Source: Marsupella aquatica
Lineage: Eukaryota > Plantae > Marchantiophyta
Direction of reading: 5' to 3'
DNA length: 64,000 nucleotides
Assembly (NCBI GenBank): GCA_973895155.1
Contig: OZ316893.1
Span: 12,478,359 to 12,542,358 of the forward strand
The position numbers were made by a program, and so were the translations under genes. The notes below the pieces were generated by a model that did no database searches, was not told the origin of the DNA, and saw only the letters and a list, made by a program, of their open reading frames with translations. The first letter of the stretch is position 1. Every line of letters starts with the position of its first letter. Positions 25,001 through 35,258 of this stretch are shown one piece after another.

Positions 25001-27656
25001 AGCATATAACCGCGAAGGAAGATATCCAAGATTGACCTGACCCCCGGCTTCAGCCCATGCGAGTGGGTCTTTGGCCAATTCCTCACAGTCTATTTCCAGC
25101 CATCTATCTGCTCGCTTACCATAACTAAAGCTCAAACTCTGATGCCACGCAAAGTGGTAGTCAGCTTCAAAAAGCATGGAAAGGAATGTGCTCACTACTT
25201 TGTTCATCGACTCCCGGTACGAGTTTAGACTTGCCGTTGGAAGGCTGAAAACTTTCATTACACTTGCATCTTCTTCACCCACTCACATTTATTAGAAATT
25301 CAAACAGTTACCGTACATAAATAGGTCGCCAATACAATACAGATGCAAAACGACAGATACTTGATTGAAGAAACCTGAATCAAGATCTTGTTTCTCAAAT
25401 AACAGTGTATGAGATTTTCCACATACATTGAAGTCATTTTTTGCAAGCCGAAGATCAAGAACCAAATCTCTTATTGCTTGCGTTGAATCAGCATTGGGGT
25501 CTAGTTTGAACGAGTATTTCTTCAATATCAACTTGTTCCTTAGAGCAGAAAGTAGCAACTCATACTTTAGAACCCTTCGTGGAATTGGATCCTTCCATGC
25601 AGCCAACAACTACAAAAACCAACATCCCGAAATGTAGATTAGTGCTAATCAAGTAGTCGCCATGCGGGGGAGTAACAAAATCGCGCCTGGCAGACCTTAC
25701 ACGGCAGTTTCTGATGAGTACCAAGCTAAAAGAAACGCCAGTTACGTGTCGAACTTCAAATCGTCCTGCGAGTAAATCGTGAACGACTCTAAGCAGCTCA
25801 TGCAGAGCACAAAGGAGCTACTACCAAAAGTTTATGAGAGGATCGTATAGTTTAGTTCCTAGATGTCTTCTTTCAGGGCTGCTACTTACAGTTCTGTACT
25901 GATGTACGTAAGGAGGTACCGTTTTGGTCTGCATCTCCTCCATCTCAATCTTTGACAAGAATGCATACTTGGTTGCGATGACCTGCGAAGAAATGGCAGA
26001 TTCCTGAATAATCAATAACTCTTGGAAGACAGATGCAGCAGACAAGGAAAGCTCAGTGCCCTACATCAGCTATTATTGTCATCTATTTCCGGTATTGCAG
26101 TGAAGGGAAATGGAATTGAAACCGTGGAATCACAAACAGAAAACCACACAAGGTAAAATGACAGCAAAACCATATCCGCATCTTTGACTTACCAAATTGC
26201 GCAAACCCCACAGAAAATCCACCAATACGATATCATACAAAAAATCATAGTGTTTCGCCTCGGCAAGATACATAAAACTCACCACATTCAACATGTAAAC
26301 TGCATCCACAATTTTAAATTTGATCATCGTGAAAATGCTAGCAATCGATGAAAGCACTGTCTTGGAAAGGAATAAGCACACGGAAGACATAAACACACAA
26401 CCCCATGATGCCATCTTAGTCAACCATGTTGCATTCATATGTAAAAAGTACTCACAGTTTGCAGCCCAGAAAAGTTGTGTCGCAACCAGACCAGAACTGT
26501 CCCAACCAAGAAAGCCACGATTGATAAGACCAAACCATCCGCCATCAAAATAATACAGCAACGGGCCAGAAAGCGGCCAGAAAGTATGATAAATAAACTC
26601 CTTGCAGAAGACCATCCTGTCAAACAAACATGTCATTAGAAAATAAGGAGTGCACAGAAGTGAAAACGGGCTTCAGGAAAACAAACATCAAAAGTCCACT
26701 GAGTTCCCATCAAATCTCTGTGCACCCCGCCATCTCGCTGTGTCAGTCATATTCTGCATTCACGAATAAGAATAGCGTGCTTGGAACCCCTTGAAGCTAA
26801 AACCAACTCCTATCCACCAAGGGACCCGAATAGTCACATGATAGACAACTTGAAGATCGTACAATTTTCTAATAGTGATACACAAACTATGTCCATTTGA
26901 AAATAGCATGTCAGAGTCACTAGTGCTGGGTTTCGTGTAAAAATGTCAACTTTTGATTTGAACAACATCTTCGACTATCCACGGTCAACTGATTGCGTTA
27001 GAGCTTTAAAACCACACTGGCGTGCTCGTGGATTATGTGACAGTGTTCACTGCTGGCCCTACCAGGGAATTATACAACACGGAGGTCCATGATTCGAATT
27101 TTTCTATGCGCAGGTTACTTCCAGTACATGTAAACCAGAAAAGTGAAACGCAGCCTCGCGCTGCGAAAAGTACTGTAGACTGCAACCCAAGCTTTACACA
27201 GGGAAGAAGGATCTTAAACGTTCTATGTGCCAAACTTAAAATCGAGATTTCTACGGCTAGTTTATATCAAGCACTAACATACTTGTTGAATTTCACAGCA
27301 GCCCGAGCTTCCAAGTCCGCCAGATAAGAATAATCGCTGTCATGCTTTTCTGAAACTTCCTCAGTCCCCTCATTCTTATCATCATTCAGATCCTTCTTTT
27401 TTTCGTCGCTCTCCTCTTCTCCCCTGCCTTCTTTTTGGTCATAACCGTCATACGGAAGCCCTTGTTTCAAATCAGCCTTCTCGGGAACGGTTTCTTCATT
27501 GTCCTTCTCTTCTTCATCCTTGTCCTCTTTTTCATCAAAGCCATTGAACGGAAGCCCTCCCTTTGTGTTGTCCGATCCCTCGCTCGCGCCCAAAACACTT
27601 CCATTTGCAAGAGCTGAAGTCGGATACGCTGACTTTTCAGGATAACTTTTAGCCAT
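22092..27656 (-). CDS. Uncharacterised multi-pass membrane protein, ~736 aa; candidate PHTF-like 7TM ion-channel (OR/GR superfamily) member
   Basis: 13 exons: 27279-27656, 27063-27103, 26456-26616, 26193-26299, 25890-25982, 25361-25609, 24966-25138, 24709-24815, 23764-24197, 23435-23532, 23092-23209, 22516-22650, 22092-22208 (2211 nt, GT-AG, open frame). The exon-1 donor is the least certain junction. Acidic disordered N-terminus followed by about seven hydrophobic segments. Confidence refers to the gene model; the family call is inference. Confidence 0.8.
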
Positions 27657-28022
27657 CTTAGGCACAACGCCTGACTTAATTTCCACGACGAAAGGTACCT
27701 TCACTGCCAACCTCAACAAAAATCATTGTGTTGAGGCAGATCGCTAGAACGTACAGCACGCACTTGAGACATGTGTGGAAGAAAAGTGTCGAAAAATCTC
27801 AAGACAGAGGGCCCCTGGATGAAGATGATTCGTATGTGAGTGCAGCTACCTCCACCAAAGCTTTTCGACGTGATAAAAGTGTACCAAAATCGGCGATTGC
27901 AACTGCCGAGGTGAGCCGTTTTGCGACTGAGATCGGTAAACGCGAAGTGGACTTACTGCACAATTATAAGAAGCCGATACGATTAGGCATGTACAACGGA
28001 ACGAGAACAGGACACAACTCGC

Positions 28023-28120
28023 TGATTGCAGAATACGCACGAGAAGCCGACTGCAGTAGCAAGTTGCTTGAGGAATGATTGCAGAATACGCACGAGAAGC
28101 CGACTACAGTAGCAAGTTGC
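28023..28120. repeat. 45-bp tandem duplication (53-bp period), probably in the 5'-UTR intron of the membrane-protein gene
   Basis: tgattgcagaatacgcacgagaagccgact(g/a)cagtagcaagttgc at 28023 and 28076. Confidence 0.9.
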
Positions 28121-29955
28121 AAAATGAGGAATATCAAAACCACACTCAGACAGCCAACTCTTCTGAGATCCACCAGTGGGGACCTTATCAGGGATTGGAG
28201 AGCACCGTGCAATTTGGAAAAACAGATAATTCGCATCGAATTTGGAAAATGGCCTACCCTATTTTACAGTCTCGACGAGGCGTGGAGTGGAGTGGATACA
28301 GACCGGGAACTAAACCGATATAGAGAAAATTGTGCAATCTTGAGGAGCATCGAAAAAATCCGATCAAGCTTTAGACTAACCTAAGAGGAGACAGCCGAAA
28401 TCAAATCAAATCAAGTCAAGACTTACAAACGAGCAGCACAGCCGACACCAAATCAAATTTAGAAACTACGAGGAGTACTTACGAGGATCGAGGCCGAAAT
28501 TAAGCAAAATTCTGACTCGGACATTGAGAGAAGGGGAGTAAAAGCTGCCAGAATTCCCCCTCTTCTGCATCAATTCTGGTGGAGGGCTTTACCGCTGCAG
28601 TGGAACGCACGCTAGCAGCCTGTTGGTGAAGATAAGAAGCGGTCTCAAGCGGATGCCGATGATAGCGAGCTGGCCGAAGAATCCCAAGAAGAAGAACGCT
28701 ACCGTTGCCAGATACATCTTGACTAGTCTTGCCTGGTCTACACCAGCGCCTTCGCGTTGCGTTGCGTTGAGCCAATTGCTCCTTGATTCCCAGCGTCCAA
28801 TGTATATGGACACGACCAGATTGCAAAAGATCAGGTCAGTAATCAATCTCTGGTCAAGATCTCAGACGTCTGTCTCTGAAGCTGCGATTTCACACAGTCA
28901 CGAATTCCTTTCGCAGTTTCGCTGTTTCGCTGTTGCTCCTTGTTTCCCGTCCTCACCACGCACCCTGCGAAGTAATAACAGGCACTTCCCAATTCCCGAT
29001 CGAGGTGCTATGTCCGACGAAAGCGACGAAGAAATGAAATGAAGAAGAACAAGAACTACTGTGCAGTCTACCGTGCAGAGCGGATAAGTGCATTCCGTGG
29101 TTAATTGCGTGAGGGCCATGTGGTCCCCTAATATAGTATCAATTTCCTTTGTAAATATACCAGAAAATGCAGTTTGCATAAGTGCAACCAAGACCCAAGT
29201 GCAATGGGTCTATAACTGTGCACATGCATTTATCAGTTACTCCAACATGACTTTATCATTTAGTGGGATGCTTGCAATAGAAGTATGCTCGATAAGCTCG
29301 GCAGAATTTCATGCACTTGTCCAGTTGGATTGTGCACCATGGGGAGTCCAAGCGTGTGATCTGACGAGACATACGAGGAAGTGCAAGAAATTCCGGTGCA
29401 CTTATTGGGTACAACCATGCACATATGATGAAGTGCATCAATGATATTCCTTGCACTTATATATAACATACTGTGTACCATGGATAAGTGCAGGCTTGTA
29501 GAGTCTTCCTGGGAGCCTGCACTTGGACACTGTAAATTCTATGCAGTTGTGGGCCTTGGCTGCACAAAGCCACAAACACTAGTACTATACAGAGCAATGG
29601 GGATACCATGCATTATTGTGGAGTTCTTGCATGTAATGTGGCTTCTTCATCTCACCACACAAAAGCCCACGTCAAAGGACCCCAGGGGGGGCACCTTCGC
29701 GCACCAAGTGTGAAATTCAGTTTAGTGCAAAGTTGATTGTTTGTCCCTTTTCCCCTGACTATTTTTCACTTTTATATGTGTTTCAACATATAAACTCGTC
29801 TCTATTGAAATACAAACTCGTTGTAAAAGTCCATGGACACTTATCCATAAGAATAGTTACATAGTCTGTAATACTCATGAAGTGTGATTTATTAGAACTA
29901 GCCCCATGACCAGTAGATATGAAGAAAAATCTTGGACAATAAGATTTATAAGCTA

Positions 29956-32900
29956 CCAGCTCCATGCCCGTGCATTGCACGAAAGACTTCGACGCAAGAT
30001 GTCGAGGAGAGGGCAAGATGTTGAGGTGAGGGCAAGATGTTGAGGTGAGGGCAAGATGTGAAGGTGAGGGTAAGATTTTGAGGCGAGGCAAACATGGACA
30101 GTTGTGCATTGCAAACATATAATTCAGGCAAAATGTCAAACAGATTAATACAAAAGTGATACAATCTTTATTCACCCGTACAATAAAGAACCTCATCATA
30201 TACAATGTCTTTTGTCAACCTTGCTTGACCCTCCTCGAAATCCAAAAGTAAAACCTTGATAGTTGTACGTAGGAGATGTTGCCCTTGAAAATGCTACATA
30301 CAACTGTACGTGACTAAATACAAGCTTTAAAAGCTGTAACCCTACATGTTTTAAAGTCTGACCTTGAGTTTTGTTTATGGTCATTGCATATGCCACTCGA
30401 ATGGGAAATTGGACCCTACGTAATAAAAAAGGAAGTGAATAGTCAGATGTTGTGACAGGGCCCCAAACCCGGTAGTAACTTAGTGATAACTTATAATTGC
30501 GTATATAAGTAGAAAGACAAGTAGGTGTAGTAAAAGTGTTTGGATTTTCAGATTTTTCATATTTGTTAGTTCTAATAAATGGATGCGACAACCGGACAAA
30601 ACGAAGTTGAGAGGGGTGTCGGGCGGTGATGGATGACAAGGGAACCATTGAGGGGGTACAAGGAGGCCACAAGGCAGCCCAAGGACTTGGAGCCAAGGTG
30701 TGGGCATCTTGGAGGGGTGGGGGCTGGTCGGAGGCTCCACGTAAGGCGCAAAATGGGAAGAATGACCAAAATATAGAAAACATTGAAACTTAAGACAGAC
30801 GTTGCTGCGCTAGTACTATTCCAAACATGGTCATGCTTGGATTCATTTTGAAGCCCTCAATGACCCCATGCAAAACTGAGGTTCTCTAGTTGATTTTAGG
30901 TCTATATCAAACAGTAACATCTTGAGGGACCTCAACGCCCGTAAAACGGCAAACTAGGCAACCTTGGAGTAGTGATGGTGGGAGGGCCCTTAGAAGGAAG
31001 GGGTTCCCACACTTGTGTTCCCCTTCACCCTTTGTGTGGTCCTCACATGTTTTTTTGCTCTCTTTCCCTTTCCCACCGTAGAAGGGGCCCCCTCCTTTTA
31101 CAACGAACCAGTGGTGGCGAACAGGAGGATCGGGGCTCAAGTCAGGGCACCGTGAGTGAGGAGGAGGAGGACTGATGAGGAGACCAACTCACGGGGCTCA
31201 AGCCAAGGCATCGTGAGTGAGGAGGAGGATTGATGAGGAGACCAACTCACGGGGCTCAAGTCAGGGCACCGTGAGTGAGGAGGAGGAGGATTGATGAGGA
31301 GACCAACTCATGGGGCTCAAGCCATGGCACCGTGAGTGAAGAGGAGGAGGACTAGGGTAGCCATACGGACCTGTCGTATGACCTCTGGATTTTGAAACTT
31401 TTTGGAAGGGTGCACTCACAGGCTTGTTGGAAAGAGCTCGCGGAGTTGATTCCAACAAGAGGCGGCGCTCCTCAAACGGAGCCAGGATGAGTAAGTTAGG
31501 GCCCGACAAAGTTGGGTTTATGAGATACTGAAACGGCCATAACTTGGTCGTCTGATGTCTGTTTCAAGAGCGGTTGAGTGCTTCATGATCAAGAGGAGGA
31601 GGGCTATCCAGGGGTGAACTCAGTAGTGCAAGTGGAAGGGCGCCTAGTTTCGGCCATTGTGGGGTTCCTTGCCATTTCACGGTTCACGGAGTAATGTTGG
31701 GGCGCCGTCGAAGGCACCGTCGGCCCCATTGTTAGTTTAGGGTTTAGGGTTTTAGAAGCATGTGTGTGCCGCATGCTTTTAGTTTAGGGGTTTCTTAGTG
31801 AAGGGTTTAGCGGCGCCGCTAGGGTAAGCCGCCATCGTTGTGGCCCCGTGAGGGGTGCTTTGGTGTGTTTTCTTGGTATTTAGGGGGAGAGCCCCGGAGT
31901 AGTGAGGGGGGAACTCAGTCTAGTGTTTGCTTAGGGAAGTTAGCTCATAGCCAAAAGAGGGAATCAAGCCAGAGTAGTGAGGTAGAGGTGTAGCACTTGC
32001 CCCAGTGAGGCAGTAGTTGGGCAGACGGCAGGAGGCCGGGTTGCCCTTGCAATGTGTTACGATGTTTTGCCAAAAGATATGGATTTGGTTTGATTCCTCA
32101 AGTTTTGGTGTGGTGTTACCTTTTCTGGTTCACAATTGTGTTCTTTCCCAAGAAGCGTCTGAGGAATCCTTGCACGGTTTGGTCAACCATGTGAGTAGGA
32201 GGGGTGGTGACAGCACTCCACCGACGACCAGTAGGAGTGTGTGTGTGGCGTAGTCCATGGGACTTGATCAAAAGTAGAGCGGCTAGTCGGTAGACTTGAT
32301 CAAAAATTACATTTCCGGGAGCGGAAATAAACATACTCATCCTACATGCAATAGAATCCTAATAGCGTCCCTCCACGTTCCCGTCATACGATAACAAACG
32401 ATTTTAGTAAGAGTAAATATGTAATTGTCGTCTAAATCGTTTGATAAGCAGGTGACAGATGTCAACGGAATCTGTGGGATAAATGTAAGGGTCCCTGCAT
32501 GTTTTCCTGCAAAAACCCAATGCCCATGTGTTGCACGAAAGATGTCGAGGTGACAAAAGATGTCAAAGAGAGAAAAAAGATGTCAAGGTGATAAAAGATT
32601 CAAGGTGAGCAAAAGATGTCAAGGTGATAAAACATGGAAAGGAGAGGAAAGATGTCCAAGTGAGCAAACAATATCCAGATGATAAAAAAGGTAGAGTCCA
32701 AGAGAAAAGCTTTCAAGGTGAGCAAAAGATGTCACACTAAGCAAAAGATGTTGAGATGAGAAAACAAATTCTGAAAGGAGAGAAAAATATCCCAAGATGA
32801 ACAAAAGATGCCAAGGCGAGCAAAAAATGTTGAGGTGAGCCAAAAATGTCAAAGAGAGAAAAAGATGTTGAGATGAGAAAAAGATTTTGAGGAGACAAAA

Positions 32901-33277
32901 GATGTCGACGTGAGTGAAGGAGATAAAAACATTTTGAGATAAGGAAAAGATGTTTAGGCAAGGCAAAGATGTCAAGGCAAAAGAAGATAAAAATGTTGAG
33001 GCAAGTTTAAATGTACATTGCATTGAGGCAAAGATTTGGGGTGATGTGAACATTTTGACTCGAGGCAAAGAAATGCAAAAAGATGCAAGTGAGCCAAAGA
33101 AATGTATATAATGCAAGCGAGGCAAGAAAGTTGTTTAGACATCTCATATGTTGTTGTGACCATCTCATCATTATGACGATGCAGTTACTCTGGCCATGAG
33201 GGTGTTGTGGCTATGCTGGTCTTGCGGCCATGTTGTTGCCAAGCCCGATGCCAACGCATTGCATAGATATATTGAGA
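29956..33277 (-). mobile_element. Non-autonomous Helitron carrying a Pif1-like helicase C-terminal fragment, interrupted by a solo LTR
   Basis: Minus-strand 3' end: hairpin cgtgcaatgcacg + ggcatggag + CTGG|T at 29956. Putative 5' end A|TCTCAATATATCTATGC at 33277. Helicase motifs [20 protein letters not shown] and [12 protein letters not shown] at ~30270-30445, and GKHAGTLTFIPQIPL at ~32463-32510. AGATGTYRAGG minisatellites at 29996-30090 and 32540-33120. Confidence 0.8.
30451..32457. mobile_element. Solo LTR (2007 bp) of an LTR retrotransposon, probably Ty3/gypsy given its size
   Basis: TG...CA ends (tgtgaca...ggtgaca) flanked by the perfect 5-bp TSD GATGT (30446-30450, 32458-32462). No internal coding domain. 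Internal ~60-bp tandem array at 31130-31350 (ggggctcaag...gtgagtgaggaggagga...gagaccaactca). Confidence 0.88.
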
Positions 33278-34442
33278 TAAGGTAAAGAACTGTTGATTAA
33301 AATCTGGGTTTTTTAAGGTGGATCAAACTAAAATATTGGATTCTCCATAATTCTTTCTTGCCAATTTCATGTGAAAAGTGTCAAGCAATACATGTCTTGT
33401 GGAGAAATGATGTTGGGAGCTTGATCTTCTTGGCCTTCATTAAAGATGCATTTTTTGAAAAGCTTTTCAAAGAGAATGTTGGAGTATAGATGGAATAACA
33501 AAATTTGGACCTATTTTATACAAAACATAAAACAAAAAACAAAAAAATAATCAAAACATGTGCACCCGGGGGCCATATTCTCTCTTGCACTCACTTTGCT
33601 TTTGCATTTTTATTTTATTTTGGAAGAAAATGTTATTTTATTGTGAAAACTATATTGTTGGGGAGAGCAAGGATGTGGGAGGGTAAGAGTGAGTGCAAGA
33701 GAGATGATGGCCCCTGGGGTTTTAAAACTATTGGGAGGGGAATGTTTTAATTTTCGCTCTCCCCTTTGTTCCTATTTCTACACTCCTATGCCACACCATT
33801 ACTCCCTTTTTTTCTTACATTGGCACCATTAAATAAACAGAAAAAATGTACAACTAAATACAGAGAAGAAAATGAGAAAATTAACCCATTTTCTTTCGTT
33901 CCAGAGTCTCATAGGCTCTGCAAAAATCCAAAAAGTTCTCATGCCCCAAAAGATTCTCCTTCCCTTCGTGTGTACTTTCATACTTTTAAAAAACACATTT
34001 AAGATGATGTCACATAAGTATCTTTCATATTCGATGTCAGATTAGTATCATCTCCTATATGTTGTATTTTACTATTAGAATGAGCATATCATTTGACATA
34101 CGGACCTGATCAATAAATCCAAGAGTACAAACAAATCTTTGAAAAAATCTGACGGCTCAGGTTTGTTCCCTCCATTTCTGAATTTGTAAGCAGACGAACT
34201 TAGAGCTTTTTGGCGACATTGCATATTACAGAAGTAGATTTTGGTTAGTGTTTGCCCCATCCTTGTTTTTTGTTCATCCTCATTTCAGTTCTGTATTTTT
34301 TAGAATTAATGTCACTTTGGTCCATTGATTTTATTGAACTTCATTATCAGTTTTGTTTTTATGGGAAATTATGGGTCTAGAGGCTTCGTGACTCTAGACC
34401 TAGGCCTTAAGAGGGGCTTAAGTTGATGCTCTTATAGTAAGA

Positions 34443-34974
34443 CAAGCCCTATGTCTGTGCATCACACTATGCAAGGAGGGCCGGCCCATAGGGATCTCGG
34501 GGGTCTCACTATATGGGGACCTCCCCATCGCCTGCGACGTTTTTAGGCCTCGGACCCCCTAAAATGTAAGATTTTTTTTTAATTTTTTAACCCCTATAAA
34601 GTTGGAATATTCTTGGAATATTCTAAAAATTGGATTAAAAAGACCCTAATGTTCTTATAAGTCTCAAAATTGAATTTAAAAGACCCTATTGTTCTTCTAC
34701 AAAAATTCTTAAGTCTTCCCTTAGAACCAATAAAATGACCCTATCCTTCGTCGCACGTGATATGCCATTTTTGTGGAAGTGAAACCCCCGAGATAGGGAT
34801 TCGGGTTGGGATACCCATAAGGCAGCACATATGTGCTAGTGTGCACATTTCCTCCATCAATGGTCACAAAAAATAGCTACTTGAATCCAACAGTTGTGGA
34901 TCTTTCCAGCACAGGAGCTTTTTTGTATTGGGATGAAGGACAAAAAATGCGGGATCTCTTATTATAGTTGTAGA
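34443..34974 (-). mobile_element. Mini-Helitron (family also at 52556-52780 and 57050-57416)
   Basis: Minus-strand start A|TCTACAACTATAAT. About 150 bp shared with the other two copies (ccatcaatggt...gaatccaac.g.tgtggatctttcc...). Degenerate hairpin/CTRR-like end near 34443. Confidence 0.55.
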
Positions 34975-35258
34975 TGTCACTCTTTTGACATAATTATTAC
35001 ATTGCCACTTTTTTCTTCTATTTACTACTATTTTAGTAGTGGCTGTGAAGAAAAGGCCCTCATTGTGGACTATTTTATAGTAAATAATTGATTTATAGAT
35101 TGAAGTGGAAATACACATAACAATTGAATTAAATCATTAATATGTTATTTATTTAAAAATTTAGTGAACAGTCGTGTCTCTTAAATAAGCCTTTTCATCT
35201 AACCAATCACAAAAAGAATAAAAGTCATTTGATTGATGTGGATAGCCTTTGCTACTCT

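Noticed and set aside
28023-28120. Direct repeats as a CRISPR array (also considered for 15278-15532 and 31130-31350)
   Set aside because: Eukaryotic context, no unique spacers of regular length, no cas genes; these are tandem duplications.
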